From Capsulimonadaceae bacterium (GTDB taxonomy: Bacteria; Armatimonadota; Armatimonadia; Armatimonadales; Capsulimonadaceae): a stretch of DNA of 64,000 nucleotides. A program made the position numbers and the translations under genes. Positions 21,560-32,390 of the stretch are shown piece by piece (the first letter of the stretch is position 1; each line of letters begins with the position of its first letter). Where the stretch lies: the NCBI GenBank assembly GCA_965215505.1, contig OZ244065.1, positions 3,008,001-3,072,000 on the forward strand, written 5' to 3'. The notes under the pieces are model-generated. The model saw nothing but the letters and a program-made list of their open reading frames with translations. It searched no databases and was not told the origin of the DNA.

Positions 21560-21702
21560 GCGCGATAGCCCAGAGGGCGCAGAGGGGAGGGCAGGGAAAC
21601 CCTGCCCCTACGTTATTCCGATGGGTCCGCGTGGGGGCGGGGTCCCCCCGCCCTCATTGGCCCCTATGCCTTTTCTTCCCGACTGCCCCCAAGAACCAAC
21701 CC

Positions 21703-22779
21703 ATGCCCGAAAACCAAACCGACAAGCGCCTCGGCTTCCTCTATGACCCCATCGTCCTGGACCACAAGCCGCCGGAGGGACACCCCGAGCGGCCCGCCCG
21801 CGTCCGGGACACGTTCGCCCTGCTGGAAGCCGAAGGGATGCTGGACCGCGTAACGCGGCTGCCGGTCACACCCGCGACGCGGGCGCAGATCGAGCGCGTC
21901 CACACGCCCGCCTACCTGGATCGGGTGCAGAGGATCGTCGAGGGGGGCGGGGGGTACTTAGACGCCGGGGATACGGTCGCCTCGGCCGGCTCCTGGCGGG
22001 CGGCGACGGCGGCGGCGGGCGCGGCCATCGGGGCAGTGGAGGCCGTAATGACCGGCGGCATGGACGCGAGCTTCGCGCTCGTCCGCCCGCCCGGACACCA
22101 CGCGCCGCCGGACCGGGCGATGGGCTTTTGCATCCTCAACCACGCCGCCATCGCCGCCTCCCATGCGATCAGCGAACATAAGCTCGCGCGCGTCCTGCTG
22201 GTGGACTTCGACGTCCATCATGGGAACGGGACGCAGGACTGCTTCTACGGCTCGCCCGAAGTGCTGTATTTCTCCAGCCACCAGTCCCCCGCCTACCCCT
22301 TTACCGGCGCGGTGGGGGAGACGGGGGAGGGCGCGGGCCTGGGGTACACGGTCAACATCCCACTGCCCCCGGATGTCGGCGACGCGGGTTTCATGCAGGC
22401 TTACGACGCCGTCCTGAGGCCCCTCGCGGACCGCTTCAAGCCCCAACTGGTCATCGCCTCGGCGGGCTATGACGCCCACTGGCGCAACTCCCGCTATGTG
22501 GCGGGCATCCGGGAGCGCCTGACGGTGCGCGGCCTGGCCGCCCTGTCCCGGTGCCTCCTGGAGATCACTGACGCCCATTGTCCGGGCAAACTGGTCGGCA
22601 TCCTGGAGGGCGGCTACGACCTGGAAGCCCTGGGCTGGGGCGTGCTAGGCAGCCTGCGCGTCTGGCTCGGCGACGCGGACGATGCCATCGAAGACCCCCT
22701 CGGCCCCCCGCCCACATCGGCCCGCGAGCCGGACGTCACGATGCTGCTGGAACAGGTGCGGCGGGCGCATGGGCTTTAG
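21703..22779 (+). CDS. Histone deacetylase family protein
   Basis: [28 protein letters not shown]. Confidence 0.95.
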   Translation: MPENQTDKRLGFLYDPIVLDHKPPEGHPERPARVRDTFALLEAEGMLDRVTRLPVTPATRAQIERVHTPAYLDRVQRIVEGGGGYLDAGDTVASAGSWRAATAAAGAAIGAVEAVMTGGMDASFALVRPPGHHAPPDRAMGFCILNHAAIAASHAISEHKLARVLLVDFDVHHGNGTQDCFYGSPEVLYFSSHQSPAYPFTGAVGETGEGAGLGYTVNIPLPPDVGDAGFMQAYDAVLRPLADRFKPQLVIASAGYDAHWRNSRYVAGIRERLTVRGLAALSRCLLEITDAHCPGKLVGILEGGYDLEALGWGVLGSLRVWLGDADDAIEDPLGPPPTSAREPDVTMLLEQVRRAHGL

Positions 22780-22818
22780 GCGCTCCGATCCCGGCTCACG
22801 AGTGCAGGAGGCAAGATC

Positions 22819-23214
22819 ATGGCGTACAAAGTTTACACCAAGAAGCTGTCGGCCTACGAGAAGAGACTCAAACAGGCGCGGCACGAGAGGAGGCAGGCAA
22901 AGCGACTGCGGACCCTTTCTTTGCAGGAACTGCGTTCGCCGGAGCAGCTTGAGGAAAGGTTTAACGCGGCATTGGCAAGCATGAATGCTCATGTGAGGTC
23001 AATCGTGGAGACAGATCATCCAGAAGCACTCCCGCTGATGAGGGCCGACATGGTTCAAACCGTGAGAAGCTTTTCTGAGGCCGACATGGTGGATACTTTG
23101 AAAGTGGCTATGCGGCAGTGCGACGAAGAGTTGACCGAGCTTTTTTGGGTGTTCGTGTTGGGGTGCAGAACGACGCCCGCTTCCACAGACGCGGCAAGAA
23201 GTGTCGCCCCTTAG
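22819..23214 (+). CDS. Hypothetical protein
   Basis: RBS GGAGG and ORF; lower GC. Confidence 0.55.
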   Translation: MAYKVYTKKLSAYEKRLKQARHERRQAKRLRTLSLQELRSPEQLEERFNAALASMNAHVRSIVETDHPEALPLMRADMVQTVRSFSEADMVDTLKVAMRQCDEELTELFWVFVLGCRTTPASTDAARSVAP

Positions 23215-23230
23215 CAGGTACAATCCCTCA

Positions 23231-24078
23231 ATGGACCACGACCGCCTCTTTAAAGAACTCCTCACCACTTTCTTCAGTGAGTTCGTAGACCTTTTTCTGC
23301 CCAACGTGAGTGCCGCGCTGGATGGGGACGTCGCGGTCGTGCCGATGGACAAGGAGATCTTCAGCGACGTGACATTGGGCGAGAAGCATGAAGTGGACGT
23401 GCTGATGAAAGCGCGGTTTCAGGGCGAAGATGCGTTCTTTCTTATCCACGTCGAGAACCAAGCAACGGCACAAGCCGACTTCCCCAAGCGGATGTTTCGC
23501 TACTTCGCCCGGCTGACGGAAAGATATAATCTGCCGGTCTACCCGGTCGTCATCTTCTCCTACGATGCGCCTCAGCGGCCGGAGCCGGACCGCTTCGTGG
23601 TGGCGTTTCCGAAAGAAACCGTGCTACAATTCAAGTACCGGGTCATTCAGCTCAACCGGCTCCCGTGGCGGCGGTTTGTCCGGCAGGAAAACCCGGTCGC
23701 CAGCGCGCTCAAGGCGAAAATGAAGATGAGCGCCAAAGACAGGCCGAAGGTGAAAGCGGAGTGCCTGCGGCTGCTGGCAAGCCTCAAACTCGACCCCGCC
23801 CGTACCACGCTGATTGGCGGGTTCGTAGACAGCTATCTGAGACTGACGGCTCAGGAGATGAAGCAATATGAACGCGAATTGGCGCGGTTCACGCCGACGG
23901 AAAGGAACGAAACCATGGAAATAGTGACAAGCTAGCATCGGGAAGGCAGGATGGAAGGCAAAGAATCGTTGGTCATGCGCCAGCTTCGGCGGCGCTTCGG
24001 CGCGGTTTCTGAGGAAGTGACGGCGCGGATTGACCGCCTCTCGGCGGAACAGCTCGACGACCCCGGTGAAGCCTTAGC
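23231..24078 (+). pseudogene. Rpn/PD-(D/E)XK nuclease with DUF4351 tail, premature TAG and truncated 3' end
   Basis: DHDRLFKELL, IHVENQ; after TAG 23933-23935 the frame continues HREGRMEGK...RQLRRRFG...QLDDPGEAL. Confidence 0.8.
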
Positions 24079-25041
24079 CATCTGGGCCGGGCCGGGCGCG
24101 GCGGGCTTGCCGAACAGCACGAGCGCGTGGGGGACGGGGCGGGAGGGGATGCCGGGCGAGGTGTGGCCGGTGACGAGGATCTTCTTCCCGTAAACCAGGG
24201 ACGTGCTGAAGCCCGAGTCGAGCAGGACGGCCTCCTGGACTTTGGCCGCCGCCAGGGCGCGGGCGAGTTCCTTCGAAGTGGCGACGTAGGTGGTCGCGCC
24301 CAGGGCGAGCCGGCCGTCGGGCATCAGGGCGAAGAAGGCGCGGCGGCGCGGGTCCTCGGCATCGTGGACGTGGAACCCGTCGAGCCGCGCCTGGTCGGCG
24401 GCGACGCCGTCGTGGACCAGCCAGACCCCCCCGAGGAAGGCGTCGGTCAGGCCGGGCAGCAGGGCGGCCAGCGCGGGCTGATCCGCCGTCGCGGAGGGGT
24501 CATACGGCAGGATGCGCGTCCGGCCCGGCGACAGCAGCACGAGCGGCCGGCCCGCAAGCGCGGGGGCGTTGTCCTCGCGGTTGAAGACGGCCTGCGACTC
24601 GTTGCCGCACAGGGACGGCCCGATCAGGACATTGTCCGTCCCCTGCACCCGCGCGTCGGCGAAGAAGGTCCCGTTGACGCCCGCCTGCGCCCCCGCCTGA
24701 CGCACGAGGGCGTCCACCCCGCAGCGCAAGGCCGACCGGCGGGTCTGCGCCACGCCGCCTTCGATCAGGATGAATGGGACCCCTTTTTCGCGGTCCCGTA
24801 TGACAAGAAGCGAGGACTGCGGATTCGCGAGGTCAACGCCGCCGGGCGGCAGCGGCACGGCGGGGATCACGGGCGGTGCGGGCGGCGGATAGTGCGGGCG
24901 GGGGGCCGGGGCGGGCATGAAAAAAGCGACTGCCAATGCAGCCGCGCCCAACGCTATCTTGACATATATCTTAACACGGGACCAGGAAGACGCGGCCCGC
25001 TTACGCTTGCCGGGTTTTGTTCTATTGGTACGGGTGGTCAT
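23932..25041 (-). CDS. Phosphodiester glycosidase (NAGPA-like) family protein
   Basis: VNGTFF, LGGVWLV, PRRRA, LDSGFSTSL; N-terminal TM. Confidence 0.75.
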   Translation of the reverse strand: MTTRTNRTKPGKRKRAASSWSRVKIYVKIALGAAALAVAFFMPAPAPRPHYPPPAPPVIPAVPLPPGGVDLANPQSSLLVIRDREKGVPFILIEGGVAQTRRSALRCGVDALVRQAGAQAGVNGTFFADARVQGTDNVLIGPSLCGNESQAVFNREDNAPALAGRPLVLLSPGRTRILPYDPSATADQPALAALLPGLTDAFLGGVWLVHDGVAADQARLDGFHVHDAEDPRRRAFFALMPDGRLALGATTYVATSKELARALAAAKVQEAVLLDSGFSTSLVYGKKILVTGHTSPGIPSRPVPHALVLFGKPAAPGPAQMAKASPGSSSCSAERRSIRAVTSSETAPKRRRSWRMTNDSLPSILPSRC

Positions 25042-25166
25042 TAACAGGATTATAACACGGCTGACGACTCTTGTCAACACCGGCCTACACAACGATGCCG
25101 GACACGGGGGACAGAATCACCGGCACCGGAAGTGCCGGTGGTTCCTGCCCGCCGTGAGTCCCGGCC

Positions 25167-25313
25167 CTACTTCTCGTGGGCACCGATCTTGAAGACCTTG
25201 GTTCCGCACGTCTCGCAGATGCCCTGCGTGGCCGGCTTGCCGTTCTTCATCGTCACGGCCACCGGGTCCTTCACCTCACGCTTTTCCTTACACTTGACGC
25301 AGTATGCTTGCAT
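25167..25313 (-). CDS. DUF5679 zinc-ribbon small protein
   Basis: Manual translation MQAYCVKCKEKREVKDPVAVTMKNGKPATQGICETCGTKVFKIG; RBS GGAGG; not in the ORF track. Confidence 0.85.
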   Translation of the reverse strand: MQAYCVKCKEKREVKDPVAVTMKNGKPATQGICETCGTKVFKIGAHEK

Positions 25314-25581
25314 GTCATCCGTCCTCCTGCCAGGAGTTATACCCGATTACGCAGGTTCCTGGCAGCGTCAGACGCCACGCGCACCCCTTTATTTCACCGG
25401 GTTATCCCTGCCACAGCCATTCCAGTCCGCCGGGGAGGGTCTGCCGCGTTACCCGCCCGTCCACATGCCCCGCCCCCACGGTGAAGACGTGGACCGCCCC
25501 GCGCGGCACAATGGTGGTCGCCGCCGCGCCCGGAGGGGCCGCAGGCGTCGGCGTCTTGACGGCCGCTACGACAAAGGCGGC

Positions 25582-25679
25582 GAGGCGGAGGCAGCGAGGC
25601 GGAGGCAGCGAGGCGGAGGCAGCGAGGCGGAGGCAGCGAGGCGGAGGCAGCGAGGCGGAGGCAGCGAGGCGGAGGCAGC
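25582..25679. repeat. Perfect 14-bp tandem repeat x7 (GAGGCGGAGGCAGC)
   Basis: Direct reading. Confidence 0.95.
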
Positions 25680-25785
25680 GTGCGTTCTTCATAGCTCCAC
25701 ACTATACAAAACCGCGGGGGCCGGATTCAAACGCGGAGCGGCCCCCGATCTCGTTTGATTGGGGGCCGCCGTGAACCTCTGAGAA

Positions 25786-26340
25786 CTAAGCTGATTTGAT
25801 TGCGGCTTTGCGCTTGCGGGCGAGGATGGCCAGGCCCAGAAGCCCCAGGCCGGCCACAGCGAACGTCATCAGAGTGGACGGCTCCGGCACCGGTGGGGCG
25901 ATTTTGCGCGTGCCTCTCGCCGCCGACGCGCTGCCGTCTGAGTTAGGGTTAGCCTGCGGGCTGGAGGTGCCGTTGGGGTTGACCGTGATCTCGGCCACCG
26001 AGCCGTCGAGGGCGTTGGTCAGAAGCGGCGTGCTGACCGTCCGACCACTGATGGTGGTCAAGGAGGTCAGGGAGATGCCGAAGGTGAAGGTCTGAGAATA
26101 GTCGTTGAAGCCGGTGCCGTTGGTGACGGTGACCGGCAGGCTGCCGGCGGAGGTAAACCCGCTGATGGTGTCGGTGGCGGCACCGGCAGCGCCGAAGGGG
26201 TTGAACTGGAAGTCCACGTTGCCGGTCGTGCCGCTGAGGGAGCTGGTGTCAATGGTCACCTGGTACTGCGTCTGGGCGGCGGCGGTCGTCGCGAGGCCCA
26301 GGGCGAGCAGGGCGGCGGGGGCGAGAGTGCCTCGGTTCAT
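25786..26340 (-). CDS. PEP-CTERM sorting domain protein
   Basis: Signal peptide, IDTSSL...DFQFNP, VPEPST + TM + RKRK. Confidence 0.9.
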   Translation of the reverse strand: MNRGTLAPAALLALGLATTAAAQTQYQVTIDTSSLSGTTGNVDFQFNPFGAAGAATDTISGFTSAGSLPVTVTNGTGFNDYSQTFTFGISLTSLTTISGRTVSTPLLTNALDGSVAEITVNPNGTSSPQANPNSDGSASAARGTRKIAPPVPEPSTLMTFAVAGLGLLGLAILARKRKAAIKSA

Positions 26341-26939
26341 GGTTTGTTTTCTTTCGTCCGGTCGTGTGAGTCGCAGGGGCATGGATCGCCATGCCCCTGC
26401 CCATCGCGATGTTCTGCATCCGGCGTCTAGTTCGGCGTGGCTCCGGTTCTTGAGTTTACATCGCGGCTGCCGCCCGCCGTCCCGAGGCGTTGAACAAAGT
26501 GACACCAGGCGTCAGGCTGCTCAGGACTAGGGAGACCAGTGCAAGGAACGGCTGCCAGCCGGTGATGACGATCCCGAGCAGGATCACAAGGGCGGAGGCG
26601 AGGCTGCTGTAGCGCGCGGGTCCGATGTGGCGCATGAGGCGAAGTCTCCGGTAAGGTCTCGCAGCTAACTCGCGTCTGCTCTGCTTCCACAGCTATGGCT
26701 TCCCTCCTGGAGCGCTCAAGGCCGGGCGGGCGTTGAACAGAATGGAAACGGATACGAGGAAGCGGTAGACGAAAGCCCTAGCCACCGAAGGTGGCACCTG
26801 CGCGGAGATCAAGAAAAGAAACCGTGTCCATTATAACACCTATTCATATAAAACAGGCGGAAAGAAGTGTAATTGCTAGAACTATTTTTGCGCGATCGGG
26901 CTGGTCTGATAAAAAGAGTGGGGCAAACAGATAAAAGCG

Positions 26940-28715
26940 TCAGAACGTGACGCCCTTGATTTCCGCGGCGATCCCGATGGTCCGGGTGCGGAAGTCGTAG
27001 GAGAAGACGGGGATGAAGCCGTTCAGAGCCGGGGCGACGGCGACCTGGTAGTCAATGACCCCGTGGCGCGAGAGGTCGTAGCGGACGCGGCCCGCCGTGA
27101 TGAGCTGCCCCCGGCCGATCTGGAGCCGCAGGTCTATCTCGCGCGTGGTATCCAGCACGTCGAAATTGAACGGCGAGTCACCGCCCGTATTGCTGGCGAG
27201 GAACTGGACGCCCACGGCCGTCAGGTCCGAGAAGTAGTGGTTGACGGCGACATCGAGCTGGTCATAGCGGTAGGCCTTCTTGCTGCCGCTGTAGCTGCTG
27301 CTGGAGATCAGGACGCGCGGCAGGAAGACGGTATTGGGGGCGACCAGGAGCGGGTAGGCGCTGAAGCCGAGCTGGGCGCGGGTGCGGCTGGCGTTGACGG
27401 CGGTCGGCTGTTCGTGGTATTCGCCGAACGTCTCCTGGGCCTCGGCGTAGAGAACCAAGTGGCGCAGGGCCGCCCGGAAAGCTTCCGGGTCGCCGTAAGT
27501 GGGCGGGGCGGGGAGGCGGGTCAGGGGGACATCGCCGCGCAGGGTCACTTCGGGCAGGCGGCTGACGTACAGATCGTCCCGCAGGCGGCCCGAGGCGGCG
27601 ACGTGGGAGGACACCTCCTCGGCCAGCCCCAGGCCGCCGCGCGCGGGGGCATCGAACAGGCGGATGGGGTTGCGCTCCGGCAGGAAGTCGTGGAACCGCA
27701 GCGGGTCGCCGTCGGGTAGGATCGGGGTCGGGGCGGTCGCGAAGGCGCGGAGCCGTTCCAGCGGCGTCTCCGTCCGGGCCGACCCGGCTGCCGGCGGTGC
27801 GGCGGGGGCGGGCGGTGCGTAGAGCGTCTGCTGGCTGGTGACGGCCGCTTCAGCCGACTGGCGCGTCGGCAGCAGCACGCGGTACTGGACCGGGGCACGC
27901 CCGACATGCAGGCCGCTCCCGAAGGCGAGGTAGGTGCCGTAGCGGGACGAGACGCCGACGGTCGGCAGCATCCCCGTCCGACGTGCGGCATCGCCTCCGC
28001 CCGCGCCCAGCCGGAACCCGATCCGGGGGACCGTCAGCAGCCGCGTCCCGAACAAATAAAGGGTGGCGTTCCGCAGGACGCCCTCGCGCTTCACCGAGTT
28101 CAGCCCGGCGGTCTGCTCCAGAGTGATGGACTGGGCGTGGAGGTGGAAATCGGCCTTGACGCCCGGCGGCACGGTGAAAACGTCGGCGTCGGTGGCGACG
28201 AGCCGTTCCGGCGTCCCGTCCGGCTGTTCCGGCTCCCTTTCAAGGCGCGCGCTGCGGACGGTGAAGATCTTCTGGTTGACCAGGGCATCCGTCGCCAGGG
28301 CCTCCTGGGTGTTCCCATTGAAGGTGACCTCTCCGGCGTGCAGGGTCGTGTCCGCCTCATGCAGACGGATGTGACCACTCAGGGTGTAGTCCCTGTGCCC
28401 CGCCCGCAGGTCGCCGTCCACTTGGTCGGCGTCGAGCGTGGCCTCGCCCCCGTAGACCGTGCGGAAGCCCGTGATGTGCGGGCGGCTGAGCGGGCCGGAG
28501 AGGGAGTCAAAGTTGGTGTCCGTCCCGGCCAGGCCGGGCGCAAGAGACGGGAAGGACGCGGGCGGCGTCGGCGCGGCGGGGGCCATCACGGACGGGGGCG
28601 CGGCGTTCGGGGCGGTATCGCCCGCATTCGGCATCTGGGCGAGGGCGGGGGCGGCGAGGAGGAGGAGGGCCGGGAGAAGGCCGGTGATTGGAACGCGGGC
28701 ATAGGAAGGAGGCAA
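26940..28715 (-). CDS. Secreted LptD/OstA-like outer membrane protein
   Basis: Signal peptide, OstA-like jellyroll N-terminus, C-terminal Phe; start uncertain. Confidence 0.55.
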   Translation of the reverse strand: MPPSYARVPITGLLPALLLLAAPALAQMPNAGDTAPNAAPPSVMAPAAPTPPASFPSLAPGLAGTDTNFDSLSGPLSRPHITGFRTVYGGEATLDADQVDGDLRAGHRDYTLSGHIRLHEADTTLHAGEVTFNGNTQEALATDALVNQKIFTVRSARLEREPEQPDGTPERLVATDADVFTVPPGVKADFHLHAQSITLEQTAGLNSVKREGVLRNATLYLFGTRLLTVPRIGFRLGAGGGDAARRTGMLPTVGVSSRYGTYLAFGSGLHVGRAPVQYRVLLPTRQSAEAAVTSQQTLYAPPAPAAPPAAGSARTETPLERLRAFATAPTPILPDGDPLRFHDFLPERNPIRLFDAPARGGLGLAEEVSSHVAASGRLRDDLYVSRLPEVTLRGDVPLTRLPAPPTYGDPEAFRAALRHLVLYAEAQETFGEYHEQPTAVNASRTRAQLGFSAYPLLVAPNTVFLPRVLISSSSYSGSKKAYRYDQLDVAVNHYFSDLTAVGVQFLASNTGGDSPFNFDVLDTTREIDLRLQIGRGQLITAGRVRYDLSRHGVIDYQVAVAPALNGFIPVFSYDFRTRTIGIAAEIKGVTF

Positions 28716-28828
28716 GGCATAGGAAGGAGGCAAGGCATAGGAAGGAGGCAAGGCATAGGAAGGAGGGCGAACACAAGGTTCGCCCCTACGACGCGCCATA
28801 CCCGTAGGGGCGAACCTTGTGCTCGCCC
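28698..28828. repeat. 18-bp tandem repeat (about x3.7) abutting a GTAG REP doublet
   Basis: GGCATAGGAAGGAGGCAA units, then GGGCGAACACAAGGTTCGCCCCTAC...GTAGGGGCGAACCTTGTGCTCGCCC. Confidence 0.85.
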
Positions 28829-28851
28829 TTCCTTTCTTGCTCCCCCTTAAA

Positions 28852-30585
28852 TCACTTCCAGTCACTTGCATCGAACCCCACCACCGCCGCCGCCTTGCCG
28901 TAACTTCCCATGCTGTCGCGGAAGGCCTGGTCATCGTAGGTCCGCGACTGGACGACGACGGGCATGGGGACGGCATGGCCCATCAAGAGTGCCTGCTGCT
29001 TAGAGTCCAGTGAGGCCAGGACGCTCCGCAGGGACTGCGCGCCGGAGATGCCGGTCAGGACGGCCTCGATGTCCCGCTCGTCGTTCAGCAGGCAGGTGAT
29101 GCGCGTCCCGAGCTGCGACAGCACTTCGGAATCAATGCCCGAGGGCCGCTGGTCCACGACCAGAAGCGTGACGTTATACTTGCGAAGCTCGCGGGCGATG
29201 ATGCCGAACGTCGTCTGGTGGGCGAGGTGCGGGGACAGGAACTTGTGCGCCTCCTCGATGGTGATGACGAGCGGCGTCGGCTTCTTGCCCTTGTCGCCCA
29301 TGGCATCCTCGGTCAATTTGACGTACTCGCCGTGGATCTGGCGGGTCAGGATGTTGGCGACCAGCATGTACTGGAGCGGCTTGCGGTAGTTGCCGAACTC
29401 CAGCACGACGTTGACGTCTTTGAGCAGGCAGCCCATGATCTGGCGCACGGCGTCGTCCGCCTCGCCCGCGTCTTCCACCAGGAAGCCCTTGCACTCCTCC
29501 ACCATGCGGCCCAATTTGCGCTTCAAAGCGCCCAGGGACATGGCGTTCGCGCCGCTCTTCTCGGCGAACTCTTTGATCGCGTCGCCGTCCATTTTCAGCA
29601 GGGCGGCCAGCCACTTCTTGCCGTAGTGCTGCTCCAACAGGTAGGTGGTTTCGGCGGCACTCTGGTTCAGGTTCAGCTCATCGGCGAGCAGGATGATGTC
29701 GTCCACGCTGATCTGGCTGTAGGGGATGCGGACCTGGTTCTCGACCGGCACCTGGCGGCGGCGTGACGACTCCATGTCCATCGTGAAAACACTAACGCGG
29801 CTGCCGAAATACTTTTTCAGCCCGTCCACGCCCTCCCGGCTCGGGTCCTCGGTCGTCCCCTTCCAGCCGTATTCGCCGTGCATGTCGAAGACCAGATTTA
29901 CGGCCTTTTTGTGCTTGATCATGCCGCACAGGCAGATGCGGGTCAGGAACGTCTTGCCCGTGCCCGACTTGCCGAAGATGCCGTTAGAGCGCTCGACCAG
30001 CTTTTCCAGGTCTAAGCAGACCGGGATGTCGGCCATGTCCAGCGGCGTCCCGATATAGAAGTGCTTGCCGCCCTCGGACTCAGCCCCGAAAATGTCCGCG
30101 ATGTCCTCCTCGGTCGCTTCCCCCACCCCCGAGAAATGGGTCGGGACGGTCTTGACCGGCTCGAACTCGGCCCCGACGGTCTTGGTCCGCATCAGCAGCG
30201 GCTTCAAAGTTACTGTTCCGAACGTCGTCGTCCCGGCCAGGGCGGAGCGCAGGAGCGCATCGGCGGGGTCCCTGCCCACGGGTGGGTCGGCCAGGACACC
30301 GGGCGAGGAGCAGTCCAGAGTGACATCAGTAATCATGGCGAAGAACTCGTGCCGCGCGCCGTCCACGACGACGAACTTGCCGGCCCGGATGTCTTCCACC
30401 GAGCCGACCCCGGCCAGTTTCATCTGGATGCCCATCTGGAGCGAGCCGCGCACGACCGTCCCCATCGCCAGCCGCTCGCGCGGCGGCGTCAGCAGCGGCG
30501 GCAGGGCGTAGTGGAGCGAGCCGCCTGCCCCGCCATGCCCGTTCTTACCGCTGCCGCTGCCGTTCTTGCCGTTCCCTAATGCCAT
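28852..30585 (-). CDS. herA: HerA-family (HAS-barrel/DUF87) ATPase
   Basis: GKSGTGKT, DMHGEY, IEEAH, ARELRKY, DQRPS. Confidence 0.88.
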   Translation of the reverse strand: MALGNGKNGSGSGKNGHGGAGGSLHYALPPLLTPPRERLAMGTVVRGSLQMGIQMKLAGVGSVEDIRAGKFVVVDGARHEFFAMITDVTLDCSSPGVLADPPVGRDPADALLRSALAGTTTFGTVTLKPLLMRTKTVGAEFEPVKTVPTHFSGVGEATEEDIADIFGAESEGGKHFYIGTPLDMADIPVCLDLEKLVERSNGIFGKSGTGKTFLTRICLCGMIKHKKAVNLVFDMHGEYGWKGTTEDPSREGVDGLKKYFGSRVSVFTMDMESSRRRQVPVENQVRIPYSQISVDDIILLADELNLNQSAAETTYLLEQHYGKKWLAALLKMDGDAIKEFAEKSGANAMSLGALKRKLGRMVEECKGFLVEDAGEADDAVRQIMGCLLKDVNVVLEFGNYRKPLQYMLVANILTRQIHGEYVKLTEDAMGDKGKKPTPLVITIEEAHKFLSPHLAHQTTFGIIARELRKYNVTLLVVDQRPSGIDSEVLSQLGTRITCLLNDERDIEAVLTGISGAQSLRSVLASLDSKQQALLMGHAVPMPVVVQSRTYDDQAFRDSMGSYGKAAAVVGFDASDWK

Positions 30586-30720
30586 ATCTCGCGCCCCGCC
30601 CCGTTTGTCCGTCAAGATGTTGTGTTCATTATAACACACCGGGCGGGGCGGCGTCAACAAAACGCCCCGGCTCCTTGATAGGAGCCGGGGCGCATCACTG
30701 AACCGAGGACATCCCCGGCC

Positions 30721-31056
30721 TCACTGCTCCACGGACGGCGGCAGGCCGGTGGCCGGGAAAACGGCGGGGGTGCATTCGCGGGCGACCAGATTGTAATCGG
30801 AAACCGCCTCGGCCAGACCGCCGGGCCGCGTGTCCCGGCAGAGGGCGACCTGACGGGCCTGCGCCCGCAGGAAGACCGACAGGGTCTTGTCCAGGCGGGG
30901 ATCGGGGTCCTGGAGCGTCATGACCGTCCCCGTCACGGTGTCGGGGCGGAAGGAGGCCTGCGGGTGCCACAGGCAGAAGACCAAAGCACCCAGTCCCAAG
31001 AGCGGGACGCCTGAAACGGACAGAAAAGGCATCAGGCTGCCTCGTACAGCTTTCAT
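30721..31056 (-). CDS. Hypothetical membrane-anchored protein
   Basis: RBS AAGGAG, one TM; terminator hairpin at 30661-30693. Confidence 0.6.
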   Translation of the reverse strand: MKAVRGSLMPFLSVSGVPLLGLGALVFCLWHPQASFRPDTVTGTVMTLQDPDPRLDKTLSVFLRAQARQVALCRDTRPGGLAEAVSDYNLVARECTPAVFPATGLPPSVEQ

Positions 31057-31210
31057 AGCTACACTCCTTGTTGGGACTACACTGTCCCGCGTTGCTCTCT
31101 TTACTCGTATCTCTACGGCGACAAAAAGCGGCCCCCCTACCGGCAGGGTGCCGCTGATTTGTTACCTTTAGTATACCCAGCCGCGGCGGATCTTAGTTCC
31201 GCGCTGCCGG

Positions 31211-31399
31211 TTAATGCGGCGCGTGTGTGCGCTCGGCTTCCTCGTTCACGCGCAGTGCCCCTGCGCTCATGGGAGCGACGGAGCAAAGGTAGACGCGGTC
31301 CCAGTCGCCCTGGGGGCCTTCGTTCAGGTAGCTCAGGAATCCGCGGAGGCGACCCAGCATCTGCTTAACATTCATCATTGTCAGGGCCATCTTGTTCAC
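31211..31399 (-). CDS. Small hypothetical protein
   Basis: ORF between the XRE regulator and a hairpin. Confidence 0.4.
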   Translation of the reverse strand: MNKMALTMMNVKQMLGRLRGFLSYLNEGPQGDWDRVYLCSVAPMSAGALRVNEEAERTHAPH

Positions 31400-31426
31400 A
31401 CTTTCTTACACAGGAACGCCCGTGTC

Positions 31427-31831
31427 TTATTTGTCCGGTTCCGTGTCACCGCGCGTCGCCCGGATCAGGGCGCGGATCTGTTTGAGCAGCAGGGGCTGCC
31501 TGTCTTTGGGGATATGAGACAACTCGCGGGCGATCTGCGATGCCGCCTGCTGGACCGGGTCCATCTCGGGCGACTGCGGGCCGTCGAGAGTCTGGGCGAA
31601 GTCGTGCTTGCCCGCATATCGCAGCCACTCGGCCGGGGACTCGCCGATGGCACTGGCGAACTTGATTAAAGTCTTCTCGCCCGGCGATTTGCCCTTGACC
31701 ATGTCCGAGATCTGGTTATAGCCGATGTCCAGCTTCTCGCCCGCCGCCCGCGCCGAGAGCGGCTTGTCGGGTGCCCCCATCTCGGCGAGGACGCGCTGGG
31801 TCTGCTTTTGTAGTTCGTCGTTCTTCGCCAA
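31427..31831 (-). CDS. XRE/Cro-CI family HTH regulator
   Basis: LSARAAGEKLDIGYNQISDMVKGKSP...WLRYAG. Confidence 0.8.
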   Translation of the reverse strand: MAKNDELQKQTQRVLAEMGAPDKPLSARAAGEKLDIGYNQISDMVKGKSPGEKTLIKFASAIGESPAEWLRYAGKHDFAQTLDGPQSPEMDPVQQAASQIARELSHIPKDRQPLLLKQIRALIRATRGDTEPDK

Positions 31832-31852
31832 CCGCGCCTCCGTCTTGCTGTA

Positions 31853-31890
31853 ATGACATAGTTATACCACAACATTGACATCATTGTCAA
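31853..31890 (-). promoter_or_regulatory. Promoter with overlapping operator palindrome
   Basis: TTGACA...TATAAC on the minus strand; TTGACAtcatTGTCAA palindrome over the -35. Confidence 0.65.
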
Positions 31891-31973
31891 CAGTATTATT
31901 CGCGGAGTTCAAAACAAAAGCACCCCGGCTCTGTCTCCAGAGTAGGGGCGCTCCATCAGTCTCAGCCGGGGTG

Positions 31974-32390
31974 TCAGCGGCTCCAGTCCTCGAACTGCAC
32001 GCCGGGGATGCGCGAAAAGTCTTTGGTATTGACCGTGACGACAATCATCCCTGCCGCAATGGCACTGGCAGCGACGCGGCAGTCCTGCGTGCCGACTAGC
32101 TTTGTCTTGGCAGAGAAAGACGCATAAACCCGCGCGGCCTGCTCATTGTAGGGATGGATGCGGTAATCACACAGGTGAAACATCAAGCGCCTGAGAAACT
32201 CGTGTGCAGCCGGAGCCCCTGCTTTATCTCTGTCCCTCTGGATCAGATTGAGTGCGCCGCGCATGTTCTCCTCAACGGCTATAGAACCCAGCCAGACTTC
32301 TGACACAGGCGCCTGTTGGATGCGGGCAAGAACACGTTCGTTGCCTGCATAAGCCAAGGAGACTGAGTCCGTGTCGAATAAGAATGCCAT
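31974..32390 (-). CDS. vapC: VapC PIN-domain toxin
   Basis: FDTD, EE, D..VAA.A, VTVNTKDFSRIPG. Confidence 0.9.
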   Translation of the reverse strand: MAFLFDTDSVSLAYAGNERVLARIQQAPVSEVWLGSIAVEENMRGALNLIQRDRDKAGAPAAHEFLRRLMFHLCDYRIHPYNEQAARVYASFSAKTKLVGTQDCRVAASAIAAGMIVVTVNTKDFSRIPGVQFEDWSR

